A stretch of 64,000 bases of DNA from Candidatus Falkowbacteria bacterium (GCA_013791585.1 VMTK01000005.1:18484-82483), one strand, 5' to 3'. Numbered from the stretch's first letter, positions 10,700-21,315 are shown. Notes: generated by a model not told the origin, from the letters alone. Numbers and translations are program-made.

Positions 10700-11992
10700 T
10701 TATTTCACAATCCCTTTCAGCCCGGGCATTTTTTCTCCGCTTAAAAAGGCCAGCATGGCTCCTCCGCCGGTTGATACCCAGTCAACATAATCAATCATTT
10801 TTGTCTGCCTTAAAGCTTCCACTGTTTCCCCTCCTCCAACTATTCCAAACGCGCGGCCCCGCGAACGGGACGCCACTGCGCGGGCGATTGACAAAGTGCC
10901 ATGCTTGAAATTGTCTTGTTCAAACATTCCCATCGGCCCGTTCCAAACTATAGTATTGGCTTTTTTTATAAAACCGGAATACAATCCTATGGTTTTGGGG
11001 CCGATATCTAAAATCTTCTCGCTCTTTTTTACATCGTACGCGTTTTTAACTTCCGGCTCTTTATTTCCTTTGCCTTTGCCGACCACAACATCTATCGGCA
11101 AAATAATATTTGCGCCGCCGCCGCGATTTTTATTTTTCAATGCTTTCGCGAGCGTAACATTTTTTTCATCCGCTGCCGACTTGCCGATTTCCATGCCGTG
11201 AGCCGCGAAAAAATTATTAGCCAAGGCCCCGCCGATTAAAATATGGCTCGCTTTCCTGCGCAGTTTTTTTATTAATTTTATTTTAGTGTTAATTTTAGCT
11301 CCGCCGATTACCACAATCAGCGGCTTTTTAGGAAACAGGACTTTGCTTAAATTTTCCAGCTCTTCTTGCAGAAGCAGGCCGGCATACGAAGGTAAATATC
11401 TTTTTATCGCGCTTAATGAAGCATGCTTCCTATGGCTTGCGGCAAAAGCGTTATTAACATAAACCCCGCGCCTTTTAGGCAGAATATTTTTAATATTGTT
11501 AGACAGCTGTCCAAAAGGCGCGGGGTGAATATCAGCCAAACGAGATAATCGCTTGGCGAATTTTTTATCATTTTGCTCTTCCTCTTTATGAAATCTAAGA
11601 TTTTCAAGAAGCATTATTTCCCCTTCTTTTAATTTACCTGCTTCTTCCTCTGTCTTTTTCCCTATGCAATCAGGAACAAATTTTATTCTCTTGCCCAAAA
11701 TCTTGCCCAGCCGAACAGCAATCGGCTTAACAGAATGTGTTTTTGTGTTTTTGTGTTTTTGTGTTTTTGTGTTTGCGCGCGGCCGCCCCAAATGCGTTGC
11801 GATAATTATCTTGCATTTATGCCTCAAAAGAAAACGGATAGTCGGCAAGCAAGAAATTATCTTATAATCATCCAATATATCCGACATCCGACATCCGACA
11901 TCCGACATCCGAAATGGAACATTAAAATCAGCCCGTAAAAAAACTCTTTTGCCTTTTATGTTTTTGGCGTTTCTAATTGATTTAATCTTCAT
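10700..11992 (-). CDS. pgk: Phosphoglycerate kinase, with three repeat-derived in-frame insertions
   Basis: RADFNVP, THLGRP, LLENLRF, WNGPMGMFE, VSTGGGA. Confidence 0.96.
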   Translation of the reverse strand: MKIKSIRNAKNIKGKRVFLRADFNVPFRMSDVGCRMSDILDDYKIISCLPTIRFLLRHKCKIIIATHLGRPRANTKTQKHKNTKTHSVKPIAVRLGKILGKRIKFVPDCIGKKTEEEAGKLKEGEIMLLENLRFHKEEEQNDKKFAKRLSRLADIHPAPFGQLSNNIKNILPKRRGVYVNNAFAASHRKHASLSAIKRYLPSYAGLLLQEELENLSKVLFPKKPLIVVIGGAKINTKIKLIKKLRRKASHILIGGALANNFFAAHGMEIGKSAADEKNVTLAKALKNKNRGGGANIILPIDVVVGKGKGNKEPEVKNAYDVKKSEKILDIGPKTIGLYSGFIKKANTIVWNGPMGMFEQDNFKHGTLSIARAVASRSRGRAFGIVGGGETVEALRQTKMIDYVDWVSTGGGAMLAFLSGEKMPGLKGIVK

Positions 11993-12005
11993 ATATTTAG
12001 GAATT

Positions 12006-12198
12006 ACGCGCTTGAATATAATTTATACGCATTTTACATATACAGCTATCGCTTATATTAATATCTAAATTGTTACATTGCTAAATTGCTAAATTGTTTC
12101 AATGTCAGCAATTTAACAATGTAACAATTTAACAATATTTGCGGGGACTTTTCAAACAGGCAAAATAATGGTTTTAAAAATTTAGTATTCAAACGCGT
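12006..12198. mobile_element. MITE-like element with ACGCG(C/T)TTGAATA terminal inverted repeats, copy 1
   Basis: Same termini and subterminal sequence at 47358-47604; interior holds inverted AAATTGTT/AACAATTT octamer arrays. Confidence 0.6.
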
Positions 12199-12208
12199 TA
12201 GTCGTAAA

Positions 12209-13417
12209 TTATTTCAACTCTCCCAGCTCAACTTCAACTTCATATTTTTTACCTTCCCGAAAATAAGTCAATTTTATTTTTTCTCTTGCCGCAAACCCAT
12301 GCATCGCTTCAGCCAAGCTGTTATCTTTGTTGATATTTATATTGCCGGCCGCTGTTATGATATCGCCTTCTTTCAAGCCGGCTGATTCAGCCGCGCTGTT
12401 TTTGATGATTGATACGCCATTGCTGTCTTTGTGTATAATAGCGCCCGCGCTAATCATATCGCTATTATCAAGATCAGGAGCGGCTTTGATTAAATCAGAC
12501 AGCTCAACATAATTAACTCCCATGCTCGCGCGCTTAATTTCTTTGTTTTTAAGCAAACTGTTGATAGCTGATGTAAAATGATTTATGGGAATCACTTCGT
12601 TCTTATTGTCAATCAAGCCAACAATGTCTCCGGCCAAATTAAACAAGGCCGAGCCCTTGAACTTTTCTTCCGGCAAGCCGGCTAATTCAATCCTGTCTGA
12701 AAAAGAATCGCTAAAATTTATAACACCTTCCGCTCTGCTTTTCTTGTCCGCAATCACGGTTGTCCAGACTTGATCATCCCAATTGACCGTTGCCGCCAAC
12801 TGCCCGTTTTTTATTTCGCTTAAATCGGCAAATTTTTTTACAGGCATATCTTTTGATGAAATATGAATAAAGCTGAATCCGGTTAAGCTGTCAAAAACTA
12901 TATTGCCAATCTCGTAAATATTTTCATTTTGATCAATAGCCGCGTAATTCGCCGTGATTTCTTGCTTTATTTCTTCAGTAAGCGGCAATTTATAATCCTT
13001 GAATAAGACAGCTGCAATCCAGCCGTCGCTAGTGATCGCCAGTCCTTGGCCGGCCAGCTGATTTGGCTGATAATAATCATCTAAATTAAATTTATTATCA
13101 TTTTTAGCCGGCGATAAGCTTTGCGGCGATTTTTTAAATATTCCTACCATACTGGCTTTAGCTGAATTTATAGCTTCAATTGTTTTTGTATCCTGCTCAA
13201 CAATAACTTTTTTCGCGTCTCTGATTATTAAATTTGATCCCTTGTAATCCATATCTGAAAAATTAATCTCGCCGAAAAAAGGCAAATAATAAAAATCAAA
13301 AAACGATCTTCCCGCAAGCCCTCCTGCCATGCCGCTTAAAAGCCCGAAGATTACGGCTAAAACTATAATTAACATAGCGCTGTTTTTTTTATTTTCTTGT
13401 TTTATTTTATTTTGCAT
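12209..13417 (-). CDS. HtrA/S1C-like protease homolog with PDZ domain, probably catalytically degenerate
   Basis: N-terminal TM, GQGLAITSDGWI, LFNLAGDIVG, PDZ motif NSAAESAGLKEGDII; catalytic His and GNSGG motifs not evident. Confidence 0.75.
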   Translation of the reverse strand: MQNKIKQENKKNSAMLIIVLAVIFGLLSGMAGGLAGRSFFDFYYLPFFGEINFSDMDYKGSNLIIRDAKKVIVEQDTKTIEAINSAKASMVGIFKKSPQSLSPAKNDNKFNLDDYYQPNQLAGQGLAITSDGWIAAVLFKDYKLPLTEEIKQEITANYAAIDQNENIYEIGNIVFDSLTGFSFIHISSKDMPVKKFADLSEIKNGQLAATVNWDDQVWTTVIADKKSRAEGVINFSDSFSDRIELAGLPEEKFKGSALFNLAGDIVGLIDNKNEVIPINHFTSAINSLLKNKEIKRASMGVNYVELSDLIKAAPDLDNSDMISAGAIIHKDSNGVSIIKNSAAESAGLKEGDIITAAGNININKDNSLAEAMHGFAAREKIKLTYFREGKKYEVEVELGELK

Positions 13418-13490
13418 AATTTTTGAATTATGAATTAGGAATTACGGGCTTGCTTTAGTTTTCGCATTATTCATAATTCTTAATTCATGT

Positions 13491-14261
13491 TTAAAGCCAT
13501 CTGGCGGTAATCAAAATAATAAATAACCCTGACAGCCCAAACCCCAAATATAATTTAGCTTTCTTAACATCCAGCTTTTCAATCAGAAAATGCCTCACTA
13601 ATCCTATTAATATATAATAACATATTGCCAAAGATAAGCCAGCCACATGATGGTTTATCGGCAGAAAAAAAGCGGCCCAAGACAATTCCGTCAAAATTAA
13701 CGAATTTATAAAAATAAAAATCGCCCCTTTTTTAATATCTACGGCGTTTGCCCAAATCATTTGGTAAGTAATTAGCCCTGAAACAGCCAAAAGCGCGGCA
13801 ATAAGAATCCAAACAGGAGCATTTAAAAAAGACTTTAATCCAAAAATCGCGGCTGAAATTAAGAAAAAAATCAAAAAATTTCCGTATGAAGAAATATTTT
13901 CTATGCTAAACGCCGCGTAAGAAGCCGGCCGCGCCAAGTAGTAATAAGCATATCTTAAATATATATACAATAAAACCGCGTAAAGGCCGAATAATATTTG
14001 AATCAACGCCCCGCTGCTTAATAACACGGAATAAGATATTGCCGCCAATGACATTAAGCACGGCAAAATTATAAAATCATGCCAATTTCCGCCTTTATCG
14101 CTGGCTTTGCAAAACTGCCAAACCGCCAAAAAAACGCACAAATTAATTAAAACAAAAACAACATAGATTATCTTGGGGTTAAAAAAAAATAGCTCCAAAA
14201 GACCCCATGCAATAGCAGGGACTAACAAAACCAGCAAAGATAAAAAACGTTTGTGTTTCAT
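13491..14261 (-). CDS. Multi-pass membrane protein
   Basis: 256-aa hydrophobic ORF, co-oriented and tightly spaced with neighbours. Confidence 0.75.
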   Translation of the reverse strand: MKHKRFLSLLVLLVPAIAWGLLELFFFNPKIIYVVFVLINLCVFLAVWQFCKASDKGGNWHDFIILPCLMSLAAISYSVLLSSGALIQILFGLYAVLLYIYLRYAYYYLARPASYAAFSIENISSYGNFLIFFLISAAIFGLKSFLNAPVWILIAALLAVSGLITYQMIWANAVDIKKGAIFIFINSLILTELSWAAFFLPINHHVAGLSLAICYYILIGLVRHFLIEKLDVKKAKLYLGFGLSGLFIILITARWL

Positions 14262-14266
14262 TTTTT

Positions 14267-14770
14267 TTATTCATCCAGCCAATTTTGGCTGTTTCTCGCC
14301 TGATCCATAAGATTTAAGCCGTTTATTCTCTCTTCATCCATCTGGCTGGCGATAAAGCTTTCTATTTTTGCAAAAGCTAACACTAAATTAAGGTGCAGGG
14401 CTTTAAAATGCGTTGGCGCTTTTAATTCAAGCAGACGATCTTTTAAATTTAAAACTTCATTTAACAGGTCCAATCTTTCTTGGTGGCTTAATTCTGAACT
14501 GGTCGCGATATCTTCAATGTCTGAATCAGCAATGACGCGTTCGCTAATGGCATTTTTTATTTTTTTATCATACTCGGATAAAATTTCTTTTACTTCTTCC
14601 GTGTAGTTGTTTTCCATCTCAACTAAATCAACCTTTACTTCTTGTTGAACGGGCAAATTTTCTTCTGTTTTTTTAGAAGTTCCATCAGTTTTTATTATTT
14701 TAAAATAAACTATCAAAACAATGCTTAAAGCCAAAATTAAAAATATTAAAATTGTTTTTCTTGTGTTCAT
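14267..14770 (-). CDS. Hypothetical protein with N-terminal TM anchor
   Basis: ORF with N-terminal hydrophobic segment and helical body. Confidence 0.7.
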   Translation of the reverse strand: MNTRKTILIFLILALSIVLIVYFKIIKTDGTSKKTEENLPVQQEVKVDLVEMENNYTEEVKEILSEYDKKIKNAISERVIADSDIEDIATSSELSHQERLDLLNEVLNLKDRLLELKAPTHFKALHLNLVLAFAKIESFIASQMDEERINGLNLMDQARNSQNWLDE

Positions 14771-14787
14771 AAATTCGTATAAAAAAA

Positions 14788-15117
14788 TTAAGAAGAAAAC
14801 GACTTGCTGTCAATTTCAACCCATGCCTCTTGATCTTCATTCCATTTATAAGCGATAAATTTGCTGCTTTTTTCAGTATCGCTATAAATATAATCAACCT
14901 TTGTTTCAGAGCCGATGCGGCGCGAATAAGTGGTTTTTTTGTCTAAAATTGCCGGCTTAGTGATAAATTCCAGCTTCATCATTCCCAGAGGACCTTTGAA
15001 AATAATAAAATCAATATCAATTCCTCCCATGCCGTCTTCATGCCTTGAGCCATGTTCTTCAACCTCAAAGTTATCTTTTATATTATTTATTATATTTTCC
15101 CATCTTTCAATAGTCAT
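14788..15117 (-). CDS. Hypothetical protein
   Basis: 109-aa ORF with normal composition in operon context. Confidence 0.7.
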   Translation of the reverse strand: MTIERWENIINNIKDNFEVEEHGSRHEDGMGGIDIDFIIFKGPLGMMKLEFITKPAILDKKTTYSRRIGSETKVDYIYSDTEKSSKFIAYKWNEDQEAWVEIDSKSFSS

Positions 15118-15310
15118 AAATTAGGCATAAATTAGATGTGATGCTAATCTGCGAATTGCTAATAATAATGAAAATATGAAAATACCAGAATACAAGAATA
15201 TTTGAAGCAATTCTTTAAATTTATTTTCATATTTTCATATTCTTGTATTTTTAATTTAAAAATTTGCGATTAGTTGATTGGCATTTATTCGTAGATTAGC
15301 ATTATATTTG

Positions 15311-16354
15311 CTAATAATACGCCGCCATGGTGGCCAAGTCCCTTTTCCGGCTTTTGGCGGTTTCTTCGCTGATGGCGCCTTGCTTGACCAAATTATCTAT
15401 CGCTTTATTCATGTCAATCATACCTTCGCTGGAACTCGTCTGGATAACGGAATAAATTTGTCCAATCTGATTTTGCCTTATTAAATTGGCGATTGCCCTG
15501 TTATTAATCATAATCTCGCGCGCCGCCACCCGTCCGCCGCCCAATCTGGGCAGCAGCTGCTGGGTGACAACGGCGCGCAAAACCAGCGCTATCTGGTAAA
15601 AAATCTGTTTCTGCTGATGCGCCGGAAACATATCAACAATTCTTTCAATCACATCCGCCGCGGTTATCGCGTGTAATGTTGATAAAACCAAATGCCCTGT
15701 TTCCGCCGCTATCAGCGCGGATAAAATAGTTTCTTGGTCGCGCATCTCTCCCACCATGATTACATTTGGATCCTGGCGCAAAGCGTATTTCAGCGCGGAA
15801 GAAAAACTGCTGGTGTCAAAGCCAAGCTCGCGCTGCTCAATAATGCTCTGCTCTTCTTTAAAAACAAACTCAATAGGGTCTTCAATCGTTATGATATGAT
15901 CCCGCCTTTCTTTATTAATAATATTTATCATAGCGGCCAATGTTGTTGATTTGCCGCATCCGCACGGCCCGGTTACCAAAATCAATCCATCCCGCAAATG
16001 AGTTAAGCCGTAAATAGTTTCATTAAAGCCAATGCTTTCAGGAGTTGGTATGGAGTTTGGAATTAATCTGGCGGATAAGCCGATTTTGCTTTCCTGGAAG
16101 TGGAGATTAATCCTAAAGCGCGCGCCAAAAAATTCTTTCGCGAAATCCATCTCTCGCTTGCGCTCAAACCTTTCCTGCGTTTTTTTGTCAATTAATAAAT
16201 AAACCGCTTCTTTAAGCTCGCTATTTTTAATTGTTTCTTTGCTTAATCTGATTAATTCTCCGTTTACGCGCAAAACAGGCGCGCTGCCCGCCGCCAAATG
16301 CAAATCAGAAGCGTTTTGCTCAAAAGCTTGTTTAAAATAATTAGAAATATCCAT
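15311..16354 (-). CDS. pilT: PilT/PilU family type IV pilus retraction ATPase
   Basis: ASDLHL, Walker A GPCGCGKSTT, TIEDPIE, ALRQDPNVIMVGEMRD, AETGHLVLSTLH. Confidence 0.9.
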   Translation of the reverse strand: MDISNYFKQAFEQNASDLHLAAGSAPVLRVNGELIRLSKETIKNSELKEAVYLLIDKKTQERFERKREMDFAKEFFGARFRINLHFQESKIGLSARLIPNSIPTPESIGFNETIYGLTHLRDGLILVTGPCGCGKSTTLAAMINIINKERRDHIITIEDPIEFVFKEEQSIIEQRELGFDTSSFSSALKYALRQDPNVIMVGEMRDQETILSALIAAETGHLVLSTLHAITAADVIERIVDMFPAHQQKQIFYQIALVLRAVVTQQLLPRLGGGRVAAREIMINNRAIANLIRQNQIGQIYSVIQTSSSEGMIDMNKAIDNLVKQGAISEETAKSRKRDLATMAAYY

Positions 16355-16384
16355 AGTAATATTATAGCACTAATTCAGATAAAT

Positions 16385-17830
16385 TTAAATTGATTTCTTG
16401 GCAAAAGCGCGGTACATGCTGATAATATCTTCCCTTTTAAATCCGCCGATAAAAAATAAAACAACCAGATAAGCAATTCCGGCGGCAACAACGGTAAAAA
16501 AGATATTCAAATCATGTTTCAACAATAGCGCTGTTAAAATCATAACAAAAACCGAAACCGCTGATTTGAAAAATATTAAAATTATTTTTGATTTATTATA
16601 CTTAATTATGGCCGAGACCCGGAACATCCCTAAAATAAACATAAAAAAATTTGACGCTGCCACGGTAATGCTCGCGCCCGCGGTCCCGTACAAAGGAATT
16701 AAAAAAATATTCATAATAACGCTAAGCAATAGCGCCGCGCCCATGTTGGCTGTATTGATTTTTTGCTTATCGCAGGCGTTGAGGAGGGATCCGACCGGAA
16801 AATTAAGAAAAATAAAAACAAGAGAGCACATAATTATCCGCAAAGGCAATATTGCTTCGCCGTATTCCGGCTTGAACAATAATATTATTTTATCAGCCAG
16901 CGCGATAATGCCCGCGCTTATCGGCAGTGAAATGATAATTAAATAGCTCATTGCCCGCTCAAAGGTTATGGCTAATTGCTCCCTGTTCTTGGCCCAGTAA
17001 GACGCAAACGCCGGATAGAGCGAGGCGGTAAAAGCCATTGGCAGAAACTGCAAGGCAAAAATTATTTTAAAGGCGATTTGATAAAGCCCCACTTCTTTGT
17101 CCCCGGCTAAAATTGACAATAAAACAGAGTCAAGATACATGTACAATCTTTGAAAAATCGCGAACAGGCCGAAAGGAACAGTAATTTTTATGATCAGCTT
17201 GATCAATTTAAAATCAATTTTACGCTTTATCTTTATCTTCCATTTATATTTAATCAAGCAAGCGGAATAAACAAAATTGAACAAACTGGCCGCTGCCAGC
17301 GCCAGCATTAAAAAGCGCAGATCAAGCTTAAGGTAAAGCGCCGCAAGGCCAAGCGCCATCACTATAATTTGAAAAACCACCGCCGCGATGCTTTCAAAAA
17401 ATAAATTATGAAGCCCTCTGGAGCAGGCGAAGAAAGTAAGGGTAAATGAATCCAAGATCATGCAAACAGACGAAAGATAGACCAGCTGGCGGGTAAGCGC
17501 GGGATAGCCCATTAAGTTTATTAATACAACCAGAGCGGATAAAGACAAAATCGCCAGCGGAAGCTTGATGGCCAAAGCGCTGCTTAAAAAATCGCTGGCT
17601 TTTTCTTTGTATTTGGCGATCTCCCTTGTCAAAACATTGGCAAGCCCCAAATCAATGAATATGGCGAATATGGTCGTGAAAGAAATCGCGAAATAATACT
17701 TGCCCAAATCTTCAGGCAAAAGCGATCTGGCGATTAAAATAAAGTAAGTAAAAGAAATCACTTTCTGCAAGACAAGCGCGAAAGTGAAATAAGAAGTGTT
17801 TTTTGCTATATTGGTTATTTTTTCAGGCAT
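16385..17830 (-). CDS. Wzx-like polysaccharide flippase (MOP superfamily)
   Basis: IAKNT start, DLGL..VLTREIA, D.VLLS....EVGLYQIA, LIPLYG..GA. Confidence 0.85.
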   Translation of the reverse strand: MPEKITNIAKNTSYFTFALVLQKVISFTYFILIARSLLPEDLGKYYFAISFTTIFAIFIDLGLANVLTREIAKYKEKASDFLSSALAIKLPLAILSLSALVVLINLMGYPALTRQLVYLSSVCMILDSFTLTFFACSRGLHNLFFESIAAVVFQIIVMALGLAALYLKLDLRFLMLALAAASLFNFVYSACLIKYKWKIKIKRKIDFKLIKLIIKITVPFGLFAIFQRLYMYLDSVLLSILAGDKEVGLYQIAFKIIFALQFLPMAFTASLYPAFASYWAKNREQLAITFERAMSYLIIISLPISAGIIALADKIILLFKPEYGEAILPLRIIMCSLVFIFLNFPVGSLLNACDKQKINTANMGAALLLSVIMNIFLIPLYGTAGASITVAASNFFMFILGMFRVSAIIKYNKSKIILIFFKSAVSVFVMILTALLLKHDLNIFFTVVAAGIAYLVVLFFIGGFKREDIISMYRAFAKKSI

Positions 17831-18033
17831 AAATCGCGCAACGGATAACGCACCTGCCGGCAGGCAGGCAGATAACGCGTAACAAAAATAAAATTAACTG
17901 ACATTATTATACCACAAAACAGACAGAAAGATAAAATAAAAAATCCCGCTTATAAAACGGGGAATTATCAACTGTATCTATTAAAAAGAGTGGCAAAAAT
18001 TTATTTTTTTATGCCACTCAAGTTTGTGTATGT

Positions 18034-18369
18034 TTATATTTCTTCGTATTTCATACCGGATAATTCCTCTAATCGAGCTTTACGGCCATCCTGACTCCGC
18101 AAATCTTTTGTTAACTCAACAATTCTTTTCGCGCTAATCCAATCTTCTGCTTTATAATAAGATTGAAAAAGCTCTCTCTGCCTGTGATCAAGCCATCGCT
18201 CATCGTACTGTGGAAATTCATCCGGATTAGAAGAAACTTCATTCAAAAAATTTTCTGCTTCTTCCATTTTTCCACTATCTAACGCACTTCTAAATTCTGC
18301 AGTATTTTTCATCGCTTTTTCTCCTCTTTCTTGATTGTTAGTTGAAAAATTTTCTTTAAACATATACAA
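18034..18369 (-). CDS. Hypothetical protein
   Basis: 111-aa ORF directly after rpsI. Confidence 0.6.
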   Translation of the reverse strand: MYMFKENFSTNNQERGEKAMKNTAEFRSALDSGKMEEAENFLNEVSSNPDEFPQYDERWLDHRQRELFQSYYKAEDWISAKRIVELTKDLRSQDGRKARLEELSGMKYEEI

Positions 18370-18372
18370 AAC

Positions 18373-18822
18373 TTACCGCTTGCTCCATTGCGGAGCGCGG
18401 CGCGCTTTCTTAAGCCCCGGCTTTTTTCTTTCTTTTTTGCGCGAATCCCTGGTAAGCCAGCCCTTGGCTTTCAGTACGGGCCTTAATTTTTCGTCAAATT
18501 TTTCCAAAGCGCGAGTGATTCCATGGCGCACCGCGTCTGCCTGGCTTTTTGTTCCGCCGCCCTTGGCTAAAATAGAAAAATCAAAATCCTTCAGATGGCC
18601 CGTGAGCTTCAGCGGCTGCGCGGCAACTGTTCTTAAGGCAGCTTCGTTAAAATAATCATTCATTGCTTTTCCGTTAACCGCGATGATTCCCTTGCCGTTT
18701 TTATACAGCCGAACTCTGGCGGTTGAAGTTTTTCTCTTGCCTAAAGCGCTGATATATTTTCCCGTGAATTTCAATTCCTCCGTATTTTTCGCTTTTTGAA
18801 TTTTTTTATTATCGTCTGCCAT
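18373..18822 (-). CDS. rpsI: 30S ribosomal protein S9
   Basis: GKRKTSTARV, GGG..SQA.A.RHGI, KERKKPGLKKARRAPQWSKR. Confidence 0.97.
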   Translation of the reverse strand: MADDNKKIQKAKNTEELKFTGKYISALGKRKTSTARVRLYKNGKGIIAVNGKAMNDYFNEAALRTVAAQPLKLTGHLKDFDFSILAKGGGTKSQADAVRHGITRALEKFDEKLRPVLKAKGWLTRDSRKKERKKPGLKKARRAPQWSKR

Positions 18823-18920
18823 AAAAATAACTGAAATTTGTAATTTGAAATTTGTAATTTGAGGATTATTTTAAAATATTTTATTTTATTTCCAAATTTC
18901 CAATTTCTAGTTTCTAATTT

Positions 18921-19274
18921 CTATTTTCTAATTATCAATCTTTTCATTATAACTTGCCTTAGCTTGTTGGCCGGAAGCATTTCCCTGACCGCCCTGCGCA
19001 ATATTTCTCCGGGATTGCTTTTGGCTAAATCGCTCATTTTTTTTTCTTTTAATCCGCCCGGGTATCCGCTATATCTGTGGTATTTTTTTTGCTCTATTTT
19101 TTTTCCGGTAAACTTTAATTCATCAGCATTGCTAATCTCAACAATATCGCCCGCGTCAATATGCGGTTCAAATTCCGGCTTGTTTTTGCCGCGCAAAATA
19201 ATGGCAATTTGCGTTGCCAATCTTCCCGGCGCTTTGCCGGACGCGTCAATTTTATGCAGTTTTCTTTCAATCAT
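18921..19274 (-). CDS. rplM: 50S ribosomal protein L13 (short form)
   Basis: IDA...GRLAT.IA..LRGKNKP, YHRYSGYPGGLK, AVREMLP. Confidence 0.95.
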   Translation of the reverse strand: MIERKLHKIDASGKAPGRLATQIAIILRGKNKPEFEPHIDAGDIVEISNADELKFTGKKIEQKKYHRYSGYPGGLKEKKMSDLAKSNPGEILRRAVREMLPANKLRQVIMKRLIIRK

Positions 19275-19304
19275 AAACTAATAAATAGCGAAGCGATAAT
19301 AAAA

Positions 19305-19655
19305 TTAAACCAGCTCCAGCTGCACAATATCAGCTCCATCGCCCTGCCTTTTGCCAAGCTTAATTATCCGGGCATATCCGCCTTTTCTATCCTTATAACG
19401 TTCTCCTAAAACTTCCATTGCTTTCTTTACGGCCATTTTTTGAGGCAAAGTTTCAATCAGCCGCCGCATAGCCGTTAAATCGCCTGTTTTTGAAACAGTT
19501 ATAAGCTTTTCAATAATTGGCTTTACGGCCTTGGCTTTTGCTTCAGTGGTTTTTATTTTTTCATATATTAAAATACTGGACGCTAAATTCCTCAGCATCA
19601 GTTCCCTTGGCTGTTTTTTTCTATCCAATGTTATTTTCTTGCTTCTGTGCCTCAT
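19305..19655 (-). CDS. rplQ: 50S ribosomal protein L17
   Basis: MRHR, IKTTEAKAK, RKGGYARI, RQGDGA. Confidence 0.97.
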   Translation of the reverse strand: MRHRSKKITLDRKKQPRELMLRNLASSILIYEKIKTTEAKAKAVKPIIEKLITVSKTGDLTAMRRLIETLPQKMAVKKAMEVLGERYKDRKGGYARIIKLGKRQGDGADIVQLELV

Positions 19656-19743
19656 ATAACGAAAATTATTTCATTTTTTAATTAACTCGTTAACTCTTTA
19701 ATTCGTTAACTAAATAATATTTTAATTATTTATTAAATATAAA

Positions 19744-20559
19744 TCAATTTTTTTTAGTTTGGCTGGCTTTCTTTTTCAATTTTTTTTTCTTATCTTCTTT
19801 TGTTTTTTTATCCTTTTTATCCTCTGCCGCTTCTTCCCCTTCAACTGCTTTTTTCTCTTTAGCAACCGCGGGCTTCTTTCCGATTAAAGCGCTAAACTGC
19901 TCAATTAAAATTTCAACCGCTTTTTTGAACGCGTCTTCCGGCGTTATGGTTCCGTCCGTTTTAATATCAAGAATCAGCTTGTCCCAATTAGTCATTTTGC
20001 CTACGCGGACATTTTCCACATTCACGCTCACCGCCACTATCGGAGTAAAAACAGAATCTATTTCAATATATCCGATTTCATGTTTTTCGTCTTCGCGGCT
20101 TTCTATTGTTTCATATCCCATGCCGCGCGAAACAAAAATTTCCATATTCAAGCTTCCGGCTATGTCGGTAAGATTCGCTAAAACCAAATCAGGATTAATA
20201 ATCTCAACTTGGCTGTTTTTTTTAATATCGCTTGCCTTAACTTCCTTTTCGCCGCGCGCTTCCAATTCTAATTTTATCACTTCTTCGCTATGCGCTTTTA
20301 ATCTTAATTTTTTAAAATTCAAAACAATTTCCAAAATATCTTCTTTCAAGTTATGGATGCCGGTAAATTCATGCCCGGCGCCTTTTATTTTTACGCCGAC
20401 AACAGCGGCTCCCGGCAATGAAGAAAGCAGCACTCGCCTTAAGGCATTGCCCAAGGTTATGCCATGGCCCCTAAAGCATGGCTCTATCACAACCAGCGTT
20501 TGATTTGCTTCTTCGCCTTTTTTAAATTCAATTTTTTTTGGTAAAGCTATAATGCTCAT
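19744..20559 (-). CDS. rpoA: RNA polymerase alpha subunit, NTD only, with a Lys-rich tail instead of the CTD
   Basis: IEP..RGHGITLGNALRRVLLSSLPG, VENVRVG..T.WDKL, TDGTITP. Confidence 0.95.
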   Translation of the reverse strand: MSIIALPKKIEFKKGEEANQTLVVIEPCFRGHGITLGNALRRVLLSSLPGAAVVGVKIKGAGHEFTGIHNLKEDILEIVLNFKKLRLKAHSEEVIKLELEARGEKEVKASDIKKNSQVEIINPDLVLANLTDIAGSLNMEIFVSRGMGYETIESREDEKHEIGYIEIDSVFTPIVAVSVNVENVRVGKMTNWDKLILDIKTDGTITPEDAFKKAVEILIEQFSALIGKKPAVAKEKKAVEGEEAAEDKKDKKTKEDKKKKLKKKASQTKKN

Positions 20560-20664
20560 AAAATATGACGGAAATTAGTAATTTGAAATTTGAAATTTGG
20601 GATTTATTTTAAAATAAATCCTATTTACAAATTTCAAATTTCAAATTTCTAATTACCGCGCTGA

Positions 20665-21294
20665 TTATCTTGAATAAAATTCCACTATCATTTGCGTATT
20701 AATCTTCATGTCAAAATCTTTCTTGCTTGGCTGATGCAGAACTTTGCCTGACAAATCTTCCGCGCTGGCATTGAGCCATCCGGGCGCTTCATGCTTTTTA
20801 AATTTTTCTTTTAAATTCTCAAAAGCTTTAATCTTTTTGTTGATTTTTTTTATTTTTATAACATCGCCCGCTTTCACTTGATATGAAGGTATGTTTATTT
20901 TTTTGCCGCCAACGGTAAAGTGCCCATGGCTGACAAGCTGCCTCGCGTGGCTCCTTGATTTGGAAAACCCTAAGCGAAAAACAGTATTATCCAATCGTGT
21001 TTCCAGCATTTTTAATAAATTTTCTCCGGCATCTCCTTTTTGCTTTTTGGCTTTTTCAAAAGTTATTCTAAACTGTTTTTCCAATATATTATAAATCTTT
21101 TTGGCTTTCTGCTTTTCGCGCAGCTGTATGCTATAGTCGCTTTGCCGCGGCCTTCTATTGCCCCCATGAGCTCCCGGAGGATAATTTTTTTTAACCATGG
21201 CGCACTTGGCGGAATCGCATCTGTCGCCTTTCAGCATCAGCTTTTCCCCCTCTCTTCTGCATTGCTTGCATTTTGGATCTAAATTTTTTGCCAT
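20665..21294 (-). CDS. rpsD: 30S ribosomal protein S4
   Basis: CKQCRREG, QLREKQK, LETRLDNTVFRLG, ARQLVSHGH, IVEFYSR. Confidence 0.97.
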   Translation of the reverse strand: MAKNLDPKCKQCRREGEKLMLKGDRCDSAKCAMVKKNYPPGAHGGNRRPRQSDYSIQLREKQKAKKIYNILEKQFRITFEKAKKQKGDAGENLLKMLETRLDNTVFRLGFSKSRSHARQLVSHGHFTVGGKKINIPSYQVKAGDVIKIKKINKKIKAFENLKEKFKKHEAPGWLNASAEDLSGKVLHQPSKKDFDMKINTQMIVEFYSR

Positions 21295-21315
21295 ATATTT
21301 TAGTCGCTTAATTAC

